From assembly GCA_008690995.1 (NCBI GenBank), contig VRMN01000001.1, positions 1,612,001 to 1,676,000 on the forward strand: a stretch of DNA of 64,000 bases. Reading direction: 5' to 3'. Below, one piece after another: positions 52,301-62,370 of the stretch (position 1 is the first letter of the stretch; each line of letters starts with the position of its first letter). This DNA comes from Porphyridium purpureum. Its lineage: Eukaryota. The position numbers and the translations under genes are program-made. Below the pieces are notes generated by a model. That model was not told the origin of the DNA, ran no database searches, and worked only from the letters and a program-made list of their open reading frames with translations.

Positions 52301-52603
52301 TCTGTTTTCGAATACTCAAGCACACTGCACGACAAGCACCCCTTGGTTGACGTGGGGTATGAGCTCTCCCTGCTGGTGTGTTGCTCGCTGAGTCTTGCGC
52401 ACGGCGTGTGGCGCTTTCTGTGGCACAAGGACACCGGGCCGAACCTGCGACGCGCGCTCTTGCTGGCCCCTCTGAACGGCGTGCCTCTTCTGCTGTCCAG
52501 CCTCCTGGCCACGTGGTGTCTCTGTCTCGTCGCGCTCGCGCTGGTGCTGCTCGAGTTGTACATCACGCATCAGACTCGAGCGAAGCTCCTGCATTTTATC
52601 TGA
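49328..52603 (+). CDS. Large polytopic membrane protein, NEF1 (NO EXINE FORMATION 1)-like; start uncertain
   Basis: About 1090 aa, mostly hydrophobic segments. The C-terminus (Y...V...., L.LL.......H....F.W, L.PLN, Y......L.FI) resembles my recollection of plant NEF1. Confidence 0.5.
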   Translation: MTARSHRLLSEWSQLVLPPLAALQLMLLLLAPLAAVLGSALFACAYVLDARWRLIHGRSTGALACGAALLEWVMTLLRVAELHADAYGAVAMAGPGGLILKEVQITLAFSAKWLALYIVLNAHRFDSDKHESDNKHLLQWLRMSVALCVPMSISCLMCAAASRPALTSDQVSTDDLSGYVWTHALAASLVVASLAFAACRHQKAGVQVGLNESASSSSSALLSYGPQDCAEGHDHLLSNGEALALISLCAMIPVFSYLGSYQTDWHRVTFLDIALFLCPVGFGACAGSRRFSLLAGLCAAMSTCCFTVRAVLPWLVVGDLKVFHALHNDAVLLICLCLFCVFLVSSTRAWTLNAYHDTLLPQTSRENDSTSTFDSKLRRAALESFRAAHSLALVWTLNSIRVYLGGYEIWGSVRDTMSLVLLSVGGTITCMILCLWGFWLLGSGGFISESSSEVHAVGCLAHALLWFVHEFMLRTVEPRAWNVRIGGMSVLLGVMATMSSYHLLCAVRTGRREGGSAGSVAIEETSAFERLVIDVSLRTHLGRLVMVVPGTLSWTTVLIGFLFFQLLPLPFFLQGWLAPVDLLQRFLVRLDALLRRPHLGGDTPSAAPALESKRKSVVPLGIVRWISGAGCAVYLSLACVPALSDYGVVEAFPMYTCIALLLALSSATVSLYAAASIVLLASIAMLANTWGLICGCAFAAHVVSRTYSVTQTLASVLALVCGVALGLTVVSSGGPLSLSPMHACAVVFIIASSSFLLLEYFSLSSAQVQQSSMDARTLRKLHAGRLVMLASHGGALALWVAWECGLLSKYYGNARDAEVFAHLLLVASTSACLTALTLYSDEQAQRCWMLRMETQPRPENARGLRGSSRLNARHLLAPVRNLVLPMACLGYVLGSIVCIQSFGSCEIPLVLLCPLLTLQAGTTNAPEFGHRVKVAPGWSHKNAVLEQSSAGLDEKPYRLAVTTLVVELYVVALLRIAGVLPHSGLAMKNLASVFEYSSTLHDKHPLVDVGYELSLLVCCSLSLAHGVWRFLWHKDTGPNLRRALLLAPLNGVPLLLSSLLATWCLCLVALALVLLELYITHQTRAKLLHFI

Positions 52604-52744
52604 GTGCGCAGCGCAGCCACGCTGACTTCATACTAAAACGCCTCCATTTTCATTGCGGAAATTTGCCATGGGCGCGGATGAAAGCGAGTGACGCCACCGA
52701 CCACCAGACCGTTGTGGCGCGCGGACGGCGTTCGAGTGGATGCG

Positions 52745-54289
52745 ATGAAGCGCCCGATTCTGACGGTGGTCGGCTGCTGCGTGCTGTGCGGGTTTGGCGC
52801 GGGCGGCTTCTTGGGATTGACGGTGCTCACTAAAGCGATCGCGGACAATGAGGAGCTGGCGGACTTTTCAAACGCTCTGGCCGTGGGCCTGGGCACGCAG
52901 TATTTTATTTCCGCGTTGGGGATGATTCTCGCGGCAAACTTGGTGCTTTCACAGCTCCGTCTGCGGCGCGTGCTGATTTGGAACGCGCTCTGCATGCTCG
53001 TACTCCAGCTGTGTCTCCCCGCCGCACTGACTGTCGGCTCCAAGGCGGCGTTTGTTCTGCTCATGGCCGTGCAGGGGATGACCATCGGCGTGGCTTATAT
53101 TTATGCCGTGGAAACGGCAGTGGCAGCCGCAGAGTCACCCGGCTTGGCGCTTGGATTGGTAACGGCCGCAGTGCCGGGCGGACAGGTCCTGTGCACGCTT
53201 GCGCTGAGCGTGCTGCTCAATATGTTTAGTATACCGAGAACGCTCGCCATATCGGCTTTTCTCTTTGTGGTTCCTGTCCTGCTCGTGGCGCCCCTTTTTC
53301 CTGACACAAGCCTTGGTGAATGCCAGATTGAATCGCACGAGTATGACTCGACACGAGTCAGCTACGACATTGATTTCGACACAGAGTCGGTGTCCGCATC
53401 GGAGAGCGCCACCCCTGCGCTGACGAGTGCGGCGCGTGCAGCTCGAGCCGTGGCGATTCCCTTGGACGCGGTAGACGGGGATGCAAATTCTAAACTCCTT
53501 TCAGATGCCCAAGCAGAAGCGCGACTATTGTTGGAACGGCGAAAGGTGGACGCGAAAGCCAAAGCCGAAATGGACATCGGAGTGCCCATGCGATGGTGGG
53601 AGCTTATGTGTGAACAGAACTTTTTGATGCTTGCGCTCATTGTGATGGCAGGCGCTGGCCCTTCGTACGGGATTTTGTTCGTTTTTGGTCGCGCTGCGGA
53701 GGCTCTCACGGGCGCAAGCGACGCTCTTATCGCATCTCTCATCAGCGTGTTGAGTGTGTACCAAGGTATTATACGCTTTGCAGCAGGTGCTGGCTCGGAT
53801 AAGTTCAAGGCTGTGCGCGTGCGCTTTTTGGCCTGGTCCGGTGCCAAGAATCTGATGATTGTCTTCATGGGCGGACAGGCGCTCGCGTGCTTTGTCCTTA
53901 TCAAATGCAGTACAGATCATGAGCACCCGGTCATGTCACATGTCACCTTTCTTCTGTGCATGTTTGGCGTGTTCGGGGCTTGTGGGGCGTGCGGTGTCTT
54001 GTCTGCTGTGCTAGCACATGAAGTGTTTTCCGCAGAGAACGGCGCCATGGTTATTAGTATTCTGAACGGTGTCTTTGACGGTTTCACTACGCTCGTGTTT
54101 ACTCTTCTGGTCGTACACCTCGCGCCACCTGAGAAACACGTGTCCCATCGCAGCATGGCAAGCTCACGGATAGGCTACTCCAAGTTCTTTGTGTACTGCC
54201 TGGTCCTTTCAGTGGCGGGCCTGCTGGGTGCCGCAATGGTCGGCCGATCGCGACGCGCGTGGCGTGGAGTTGTGATAAGCCCAATTTGA
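52745..54289 (+). CDS. MFS transporter (OFA/nodulin-like)
   Basis: About 12 hydrophobic helices in two halves with a central loop; R...G..SDK motif. Confidence 0.7.
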   Translation: MKRPILTVVGCCVLCGFGAGGFLGLTVLTKAIADNEELADFSNALAVGLGTQYFISALGMILAANLVLSQLRLRRVLIWNALCMLVLQLCLPAALTVGSKAAFVLLMAVQGMTIGVAYIYAVETAVAAAESPGLALGLVTAAVPGGQVLCTLALSVLLNMFSIPRTLAISAFLFVVPVLLVAPLFPDTSLGECQIESHEYDSTRVSYDIDFDTESVSASESATPALTSAARAARAVAIPLDAVDGDANSKLLSDAQAEARLLLERRKVDAKAKAEMDIGVPMRWWELMCEQNFLMLALIVMAGAGPSYGILFVFGRAAEALTGASDALIASLISVLSVYQGIIRFAAGAGSDKFKAVRVRFLAWSGAKNLMIVFMGGQALACFVLIKCSTDHEHPVMSHVTFLLCMFGVFGACGACGVLSAVLAHEVFSAENGAMVISILNGVFDGFTTLVFTLLVVHLAPPEKHVSHRSMASSRIGYSKFFVYCLVLSVAGLLGAAMVGRSRRAWRGVVISPI

Positions 54290-54358
54290 CGCCGCCGCCC
54301 CGTTGTGTATACATAGTTAATGTCCAATGATAATTAACAAAGTATGCGACCCGGGCGA

Positions 54359-54739
54359 TCATATGATCACGCGGCAAAGCGACATGATCTTCATGTACTT
54401 GGAACGATCGAGGTTTGATGACACGACCCCCCTGATGCGCGTGCCGATGGGCTGCCCGTTCGGACCGAGCAGGGCGGCGGCCCAGTCCGAGCAGCGCATG
54501 GTCGACCCATCGCGCCGTGCGTCCTCCACCTTTCCTCGCACGACCACAGCGCGATGCACCTCGCCCTTCTTCACCTTTTTCGCGCCCGGGTCAGCCTCCT
54601 TGATCGAGCACACCACCTCGTCGCCCACTGTGCCCGTGCGCCGCCGCACTCGCATCACACGAATCACGCCAACCACGCGCGCGCCCGAGTTATCCGCGAC
54701 GCGCAGCCGCGTCATCATCTGTATCCCAGCACCCGGCAT
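54359..54739 (-). CDS. rpl14: Organellar (probably mitochondrial) ribosomal protein uL14
   Basis: IQMMTRLRVADNSGAR, VGD, KKGEV.RAVVVR, RRDG, PIGTRI.G.V. Confidence 0.85.
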   Translation of the reverse strand: MPGAGIQMMTRLRVADNSGARVVGVIRVMRVRRRTGTVGDEVVCSIKEADPGAKKVKKGEVHRAVVVRGKVEDARRDGSTMRCSDWAAALLGPNGQPIGTRIRGVVSSNLDRSKYMKIMSLCRVII

Positions 54740-55017
54740 CTTGTCTTCTACAAGCACAACACCAACCACCACAACCCGTCCACGACCATCGCCGCTCCTG
54801 CCTGCTCTTCCTGGCTCGCTGACTAACCGCCGCGCCAACCGGTTTCTCGACTCGGCGCGGTTTCGTAATGTCACGCAGGACAGTCGAACCCGATAAACCG
54901 GAAATACCTATTTTAAACAATTGTTTAACTTTCGTCTTTGCTCGTGTCGTTGTTGCAGCTCGGGCGACAGGGCGAAGAGTGGCAGCGGCGTCGTTTAGCG
55001 TTGCGTCACAGAGAAAA

Positions 55018-56229
55018 ATGGCAGAGCATGCTGCAACGCGCGTGCATGATGGCGCGGCGGAGAGCCCTGAAAGTAAACAGGCGCTAGGTGATGGTGAGGA
55101 CCCCGGGCAGGGCGCTGGCGGAACGCAGCCGCATGATGAAGAGCAAGATTCGGCCTTGTCGACTGCAACTGTTTGTCTTGTGATCGGGATGGCCGGCTCC
55201 GGAAAGAGCACCTTTGTGCAACAATTTGCCCTGCATGAGGAAGACGCTGCGCGTGAGTCGCCCTATCTCGTCAATCTGGACCCGGCAGTCGCCAGCGATA
55301 TCCCGGGTGTCAATCTGGACATTCGCGACACAGTCAAGTATAAAGAGGTGATGGAAAAGTACAAGCTCGGTCCGAATGGCGCCATTCTGACTTGCTTGAA
55401 TTTATTCTGTACTAAGATTGACCAGGTTCTGAATCTAGTAGAGGCTCGAGCGAAGGACCAACAAGTAACACAGGAGGAGCTCGCGCCTGCATATGTTGTT
55501 GTGGATACGCCTGGCCAAATCGAGGCCTTTACATGGTCGGCGTCCGGGACCGTTATCACCGAGTCGTTTGCATCCTCCTTTCCGACTGTCGTGCTGTATG
55601 TCGTAGACATCCCGCGCTGCTGCGAAAATGCGCTCACCTTTAGCAGTAACATGCTGCACGCGTGTTCCATCATGTACAAAATGAAGCTCCCCATGGTCAT
55701 TGTGTTCAACAAGTGTGACGTGCAGAGCGCAAGCAAACCGCTGGGCTGGATGCGCGACTATGAGCAATTCGACACGGCAATCAGCGAGTCCTCGACGTAC
55801 GTAGCATCGTTCGCACGCTCCATGGCGCTTGTGCTGCACGAGTTTTACAAAAACATCGACACCGTCGAGCTGAGCGCCATGACGGGCGACGGGTTTGACG
55901 AGCTCACAGAAGCCATCGACCGCGCAACGACCCAATACTACGACACATACGTTCCGATGTTGGAAGCGTCCCGCAAGGCCCGTCAGGAGGCAGAGGCCGC
56001 GAGGCGAGAGCACGACTTGGCCAAGGCTCTCCGAGACATATCTGTCGAAGAGCAGGCCGAAAAGGGCAAGGCACGAGAAAGAAAGGACGGCGACCACCAC
56101 CTTCAAGGACACATCAGACTCGAGCAGGAAGATGATCCAGCCGAGGAGGAGCGCTTACTTGAAGAGTTAAAGGCGGCGCTCGTTCTGAAACAAAGATCAA
56201 GCGGAGGCGCTTCGTCGCTTGGCAAGTAG
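55018..56229 (+). CDS. GPN1: GPN-loop GTPase 1
   Basis: GMAGSGKST, NLDPAV, LGPNGAILT, DTPGQIEAFTWSASG. Confidence 0.93.
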   Translation: MAEHAATRVHDGAAESPESKQALGDGEDPGQGAGGTQPHDEEQDSALSTATVCLVIGMAGSGKSTFVQQFALHEEDAARESPYLVNLDPAVASDIPGVNLDIRDTVKYKEVMEKYKLGPNGAILTCLNLFCTKIDQVLNLVEARAKDQQVTQEELAPAYVVVDTPGQIEAFTWSASGTVITESFASSFPTVVLYVVDIPRCCENALTFSSNMLHACSIMYKMKLPMVIVFNKCDVQSASKPLGWMRDYEQFDTAISESSTYVASFARSMALVLHEFYKNIDTVELSAMTGDGFDELTEAIDRATTQYYDTYVPMLEASRKARQEAEAARREHDLAKALRDISVEEQAEKGKARERKDGDHHLQGHIRLEQEDDPAEEERLLEELKAALVLKQRSSGGASSLGK

Positions 56230-56352
56230 AGACGTAGATTGTTGCAGATAAACGCACGGCGTGCGCAGCTGGCTAGCAGACAGCTTGATGATACAGGCAG
56301 GCTTGCTCAAGTGGTCTACCGTGCTTTGCGGTATTCACGCGCTGCCTCACGC

Positions 56353-57372
56353 TCACTCGCTGTCATGGCTGTCATCCATGCTGTAAACGACCGTTTCCCG
56401 TTCGATAGCCTCTCGAACACACTTGGGGATACCCAGCACACCCTGCGCAAAGAGACCGTCGAACGCCTTGAGTGTACTTGGATCCAGATGGGATGCCACG
56501 ACCTCATTGACGCGCGAGCACGACAGGTCAATTTCTACATCAAATTGAGGTTGGTCTGTACAGGCGCAGAAGCCTAGCGGAGTGCCGAAAGTTGGGACAA
56601 AAGATTGGAAAGGTACGACATGTCTAAATACGCTCGCAAGTGTCTTGTTCATCCGCGCAAACAAATGCGGCTCTTCTACGAGGCTGGTACTGCCAGACTG
56701 GATGGCAAACACACCACGGCCTGGCGTCAGTCGCTGCCTCACCAAGCTGAAAGATTCCCGAGCAAACAGATTGAATGATGGGCCCTGCTCGACAGGGTCG
56801 GTGAGATCACCCAAAATCACGTCATAGTATTCGCGGGAGCTTTCTAGAAATGCCAGCGCATCCCCAACATGTAAGCGGAAACGCGGATCGTCAAAGGCAC
56901 CCTGGTGAATGCCGCTCAAGTGGGTGCGGCACGCCTCGACTACCTCGCCGTCGATATCGACGAGCGTGACCTGCTCCACGCCGCGCCATTTGAGCGCCTC
57001 GCGCGCTGCGCCGCCATCCGCGCCGCCCAGCACCAGCACCCTTTTCGGCGCGCCGTGCATGACGCAGGGCAAATGCACGAGCGGCTCGTGGTACATGAAT
57101 TCGTCGTTTGCCGCGAGCTGCATGCGTTGATCAAGAACCAACGCGCGTCCGTACGGCCCTATATCGACGACCTGCATGTTCTGGAACGCCGTCTGGCGGT
57201 TGACCAGAATCTGGCGCACGCCGTGGTGCATCACAGTGCACGGCGTCAGCGGCTCGGTCAGCCACACATTTGGCGGGGCCTCCAGTCTCCACGCCTCGGA
57301 CGCCGCGTCCTTGACCTGGTGCTGCGCGCTTCCACGGTCTGCGTCGCGCGTCGCTCCATCTCCGTTCCTCAT
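56353..57372 (-). CDS. Polyamine aminopropyltransferase (SpeE/ACL5 thermospermine synthase-like); alternative start 57498
   Basis: DEFMYHEPLVH, VLVLGGADGGAARE, VDIDGEVV, GDLTDPVEQGP. Confidence 0.85.
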   Translation of the reverse strand: MRNGDGATRDADRGSAQHQVKDAASEAWRLEAPPNVWLTEPLTPCTVMHHGVRQILVNRQTAFQNMQVVDIGPYGRALVLDQRMQLAANDEFMYHEPLVHLPCVMHGAPKRVLVLGGADGGAAREALKWRGVEQVTLVDIDGEVVEACRTHLSGIHQGAFDDPRFRLHVGDALAFLESSREYYDVILGDLTDPVEQGPSFNLFARESFSLVRQRLTPGRGVFAIQSGSTSLVEEPHLFARMNKTLASVFRHVVPFQSFVPTFGTPLGFCACTDQPQFDVEIDLSCSRVNEVVASHLDPSTLKAFDGLFAQGVLGIPKCVREAIERETVVYSMDDSHDSE

Positions 57373-58656
57373 CCTGCGCGTCTTTCCTCCAGCGCAAACC
57401 CCATCACCACCACGCCGCCACACTCTGCGCGTCTGCACCCCGTCGCGCTGCCTCCCAAAATCTGCGCTGGCACACGGTACAGTCAATCCACAGTACATCC
57501 ACCGCGGTTCAGAACGCGAGTAAACGGTTTACGCTTAACGGTTTACGTTAACCGGTTTGGGTTGAAGACGCGCGCAAGCCGTGGACTGCGGCCTTTCCCT
57601 GTGGGGAACGTTTTCGTTCCGTCCAGCCGAGGACGCGTCGGCGGCGCATTCAACGGCGCCGAGCGATGCTGCGACCGCAGGCGCGTCGCGTTCGCGCTTC
57701 ATGTCGTCAGTCGACGATGGCGAGAGCCTCATGCAATGCTTCGTTTGCAAAAGCGCTCTAATGACGAGCAACATACTTTGGTCGCTGGTTGTCAGGTGCG
57801 CCACAACGAGCTGTGACTGCAGTGCATTTATCGTCCGAGTTGTGTTGTGTGTTACGATACCAACTATGGTTTCAAGAGGGACGAAACGGAGGAAGGATCA
57901 ATTTTCAAGGCGTGTGAAACAGAAGAGGCACCAAATGGGTCGCGCATGTATGTTGGGAGTCATGAGAAGACAGTGCGCTCTGAAACCCGAACATACAGAA
58001 ACGTTCCAGCCCATGTGCACAGAATATTGTGTGTGCACGACCTATGAACACGCATGATGGCAAGGTCGCAGGATAAATTGTGCTGCGCACGGCTACCGGC
58101 GGCCGGTGGCGCTCGAGTGAACAGACAGCTACGAGCAGCGCGGCTGCGCTAGGAACCAAGTTTAACGTCTTGGATCAGAATCCAGCGCACAAAAGCGTCT
58201 GTGAAGTTCGTGCGTACGTTTCACAAATGCACACCACCTCTGACGAAGAGCGGGAGTGGGACGAGCCAGACCATGACGCCACGCAACGTGCGCGTCATTC
58301 TTTACGTGCAGCCATATGCGGGCAGGAAGCCAACCGCCGGCAAGAATCTAACGCACATCTACTAGCAGCAACGCATGCGCGACGTACGTGTCGATGCGGA
58401 CGAACATGAGTCCACGGAGCGAGATGATGCCACGCCACCATCTGCCATTCAATGTTGGTGCGTGTTGAAACCACAACATGTTGGGTAAACAAACCTTGCT
58501 GTACCTTGCACGATGATCTTGCTGGAGCTTTATTCCCCACGACAGTCGAGGTGGGCCCGAGGAAACGGAGGAGGAGAAGGGAGACGAGAGCGCGGGCGAG
58601 CTGGGCAGAGGTTAGGTAGGAGCGCGCGGGCTGGTGAGCGTCGTACAGCGGCAAAG

Positions 58657-59067
58657 ATGCAGCAGGATTGGGATAAGGTGGTCATTGGGCAGAAGGGTCC
58701 GGGAGGAAGTCGCGGCGGCGGCCCGAAAAAGGTGTCGGCCGAGGCCGCGCTCAAGGCGGGCAACGGGCAGGTCGTCACGGAGAAGAAGTTTGCGGGCGGG
58801 ACAAACAAGGTCGGCACGCAGGGAAAAAACTTGGCAAGAATTGATGACGAGACAGAGGACTTTGAAGTGCCCACCGTTCCGCTCTCACTCGGCAAGCAAA
58901 TCCAGAAGGCGCGCCAGGTAAAAGGTTTAACTCAGGCGCAGCTCGCGCAGCAGATCAACGAGAAGCCCGCTGTTATTGGCCAGTACGAAGCCGGAAAGGC
59001 GGTCCCGGAGCCCGCGATCATGGCGAAAATGGAGCGCGCGCTCGGCGTGAAACTCAAACGAAAATGA
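58657..59067 (+). CDS. MBF1: Multiprotein bridging factor 1
   Basis: QDWD.VV, KKFAGG.N, IQKARQ..GLTQ..LA..INEKP, YEAGKAVP, ERALGVKL. Confidence 0.93.
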   Translation: MQQDWDKVVIGQKGPGGSRGGGPKKVSAEAALKAGNGQVVTEKKFAGGTNKVGTQGKNLARIDDETEDFEVPTVPLSLGKQIQKARQVKGLTQAQLAQQINEKPAVIGQYEAGKAVPEPAIMAKMERALGVKLKRK

Positions 59068-59328
59068 GTTTCGGTGCCGTACGTATAGGAACGTGATTGT
59101 GCTGTACCTTTCGGAGCGGGCCGGCGTGCGGGTTGGACGTCTGCCTCCAAGTTACAAGTAGAAACGTGTACTCCCCCCGTCTTTTCTTCTATGGCGGGAG
59201 CAGACTCATCTGGAGTAGGAACCTTAAAGCGTTGCGCAGTTTTGAGCTTGCACATGTTTTCGCAATGGCATCGTGGAACAAATAATCTCATCTAAATCCT
59301 GTAAGGCTCGCACAAGCACTCACTTCAG

Positions 59329-62300
59329 TCATCTCTTCTTACTCTTCTTATTGTTGTTGCTGCTGTTAGCGTTGGTACCGTTGCCCTTTCCACTGCTCTT
59401 CGGTTTGTACTGGAAGAGCGAGAAGACCGTGTTGCGCCGGATCGTTTTCCACACATCCTCATACAGTCCTTTGGCCCTTTGACGATAAAGATCAACCGGA
59501 TTCCCCTCTCCCATCGCCTCGTATCCAACAACCTCCTGCAGCAAGCCCATGTTTTGCAAGTGCTGTTTCCACAGCATGTCGTACTGGCTTATCAAAATGA
59601 AGCGCTCAACCTCCGCCGTAGTGTTAGCCGATGCGTCCACTTCGGCCTCTTTGCGCTCCAGACTCGCTCCCACCTGTTTCTCGACGTAGGCCAGTCGATC
59701 GCTCGATGCACAAGCTTCCAACTCGGCCGCATCCACGCTTTCAATGCCATCGAAAAACTGCTTCAGCTTGTTTGAAAGCCCAGCAAAGTCGTCAGGCTCG
59801 CGTCCTCGGCCCACGTAACCCTTGAAAATCTCCTGCGCGGTTTCCATGCACATTTTTGCGCATTCGTCATGCAGCGATTCATCGTCGGCGAACAAAGTCG
59901 TCGAGCGTCGCGCGTACATATCATTTCGCTGCAACGACTGCACCTTGTCATATTCAGCAAGACTGGCGCGCAGCTCCGCATAATATGACTCGACTGTGTC
60001 CTGCGCCTGGTCAATCGCGCCCGTAACCATCGAGTTCTCGATCGGCGTGTCCTCCTCTACGCGGAACGCATTCAGCACTTTCTGCATGCGTTCACCACCG
60101 AACACGCGGAAAAGCTTGTCGTCAAGCCCAAGAATGAATCGAGAGCCGCCAGGGTCTCCTTGCCGCCCCGCGCGCCCACGCAACTGGTTATCGATGCGCT
60201 TCGCGTCATGCTTTTCCGTACCAATGACGTACAGCCCGCCCAACGACATGACCTCCTCCTTCTCTGCGCCGGTAGCTTCGGCCAGCTCCTCATATATTGA
60301 GCGGTATGCATCTTCCACCGCGGACAGGGTCGCGTCTGCAACGGTGCATGCTTCAGAACTGTCCCCGCCCTCGAGCTCGTCCGCATTCGAAGAGGAACCG
60401 GAAAAGAGGTCATCAATGAGCCGGTCAAACTTTGCCGGCGTGTCGCACGACTGAATCAACTTTTCGTCCTCAGCCACGGCACGCTGCACCGCTGCAAGCA
60501 GCTCCTTGTGCTGCTCGCCCGACAGATCCACAGGAAGTGACGCCTCGGTCAACGCCAACGCTTTCACCGCTTTCGCAGCAGCCTTGCAGCCACGAAGAGC
60601 TGTGATCATCTCGTCGCGCAGCACCGAACGCGCAAAAAACGAAGTGTTGCCGCCCAACAAAATGTCTGTACCTCGGCCCGCCATGTTGGTTGCAATCGTG
60701 ATGGCATACTTCCGTCCCGCTTGCGCAATAATCTCTGACTCCTTTTCCGCCAGTTCAGGTCGCGCATTGAGCACCTGATGCGGGACTTCTACTTCTGTCA
60801 ACAGCGCAGAAAGCGTCTCGGAATTCTCGACCGAAGTGGTCCCGATCAAAATGGGCCGTCCCTTGGGGTGCTCGATCGCAATTTCGCGCATGACAGCGCG
60901 CCATTTGCCTTCACTGGTTTTGAACACCACGTCGGGGTAATCCTTTCGCGCCAGGGGCAGCGCGGTGGGGATCTGCACGACAGTAAGTCCATAAACGTCC
61001 AGTAGCTCACCTGCATCGGAACTTGCAGTGCCTGTCATACCGGAAAGCTTCGCGAAGCCGCCAAAAAAGCTCTGGAATGAGACGCTCGCAATGGTTTGTG
61101 TCTCATCTGAAATCGGAACCTGCTCCTTTGCCTCAACAGCTTGGTGCAGGCCATTTCCCCAGCGCCGGCCCTCCATCACTCGTCCCGTGAAATCATCAAC
61201 GATGAGCACCTGACTGTTCTTGACCACATAGTTGATGTCGGCTTTCAAAATTTCCTTAGCTTTCAGCGCGTTGGAAATGAACGGCGCCCATGGATTTGCC
61301 GGGTCAAACAAGGAAGACACCTTGAGCGCCCGCTCGCAGATGTCCGTGCCGGCTTCCGACAAAATTACCGATTGTTCCTTTTCGTTCACATTGTAGTGTT
61401 TCTTGGGCTGCAGCTGCGCCGCAAGTTGAGCAGCCACCGAGTACTTTGCTGACGCAGTTTCGAGTTTGCCCGAAATGATCAGCGGGGTACGCGCTTCGTC
61501 AATGAGAATAGAATCAGCCTCGTCCACAATACAGTAGCCCAATGGGCGCGTGGTAAGCACCACTTCGTCCTTCGTGAGTGCGAGATGGTCGCGCAAGTAG
61601 TCAAAGCCGAGTTCTGAATTAGTGACGTAGGTAAGCGCGCAGCTGTAAGCATGCTTGCGCTGCTCAGACGTCGAGAAGGCTTGAATCAGTCCTACCGAGA
61701 GGCCCAGAAAGGCATGCACCTTGCCCATGGTCTTCGCGTCGCGCTTGGCCAGGTAGTCATTCACAGTGACGACCAGAACATTCTTATCGCCACGCAGCGC
61801 ATTCAGGTACACGGGGAGCGTCGACACCAGCGTCTTTCCTTCGCCCGTGGCCATTTCCGCGATCTTGCCCTCGTGCAGCGCGATGCCGCCCAACAGCTGC
61901 ACGTCGAAATGGCGCAAGCCCAACACACGAAACGCTGCCTCGCGTACCACTGCGAATGCCTCGACGAGCAGATCATCCTCATTCTTGCTTCCATCCTTCA
62001 GCGCTGCGCGGAACTGCTGCGTTTTCGCGGCGAGCTCCTCGTCCGAAAGCGCCTCGATCTCGTCCTCCCGCGCGTTGATTGCATCCACTTTGAGCTGCGC
62101 GGACGCGAGCCAGCGCTCATTGTCATCGGCAGTCAGTGTCCCAACGACCGACCGAAACGGGTTCTTCCTCCTACTCTTCTCGGCCGACGCGTCTGCGCCG
62201 CCGCCCGTAATCGCACCCTTGATCGAATCCAGCAAGCCCATGCGCAGAGCCACACCGCGTCGCACACGTGCGCTGAACGGCCGCCCGTTCAGCTGCCGCT

Positions 62301-62370
62301 GTCGAGCGCCAAGCCATTGCCCGTCCGTAGCTCGTGCGCGCACCGGCGCAACCACATACGCCAGACTCAT
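59329..62370 (-). CDS. secA: Nuclear-encoded plastid preprotein translocase SecA
   Basis: Transit peptide (MSLAYVV...), MATGEGKT, DEADSILIDEARTPLIISG, TNMAGRGTDI, RIDNQLRGRAGRQGDPG, and a cyanobacterial/plastid-type insertion. Confidence 0.93.
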   Translation of the reverse strand: MSLAYVVAPVRARATDGQWLGARQRQLNGRPFSARVRRGVALRMGLLDSIKGAITGGGADASAEKSRRKNPFRSVVGTLTADDNERWLASAQLKVDAINAREDEIEALSDEELAAKTQQFRAALKDGSKNEDDLLVEAFAVVREAAFRVLGLRHFDVQLLGGIALHEGKIAEMATGEGKTLVSTLPVYLNALRGDKNVLVVTVNDYLAKRDAKTMGKVHAFLGLSVGLIQAFSTSEQRKHAYSCALTYVTNSELGFDYLRDHLALTKDEVVLTTRPLGYCIVDEADSILIDEARTPLIISGKLETASAKYSVAAQLAAQLQPKKHYNVNEKEQSVILSEAGTDICERALKVSSLFDPANPWAPFISNALKAKEILKADINYVVKNSQVLIVDDFTGRVMEGRRWGNGLHQAVEAKEQVPISDETQTIASVSFQSFFGGFAKLSGMTGTASSDAGELLDVYGLTVVQIPTALPLARKDYPDVVFKTSEGKWRAVMREIAIEHPKGRPILIGTTSVENSETLSALLTEVEVPHQVLNARPELAEKESEIIAQAGRKYAITIATNMAGRGTDILLGGNTSFFARSVLRDEMITALRGCKAAAKAVKALALTEASLPVDLSGEQHKELLAAVQRAVAEDEKLIQSCDTPAKFDRLIDDLFSGSSSNADELEGGDSSEACTVADATLSAVEDAYRSIYEELAEATGAEKEEVMSLGGLYVIGTEKHDAKRIDNQLRGRAGRQGDPGGSRFILGLDDKLFRVFGGERMQKVLNAFRVEEDTPIENSMVTGAIDQAQDTVESYYAELRASLAEYDKVQSLQRNDMYARRSTTLFADDESLHDECAKMCMETAQEIFKGYVGRGREPDDFAGLSNKLKQFFDGIESVDAAELEACASSDRLAYVEKQVGASLERKEAEVDASANTTAEVERFILISQYDMLWKQHLQNMGLLQEVVGYEAMGEGNPVDLYRQRAKGLYEDVWKTIRRNTVFSLFQYKPKSSGKGNGTNANSSNNNKKSKKR

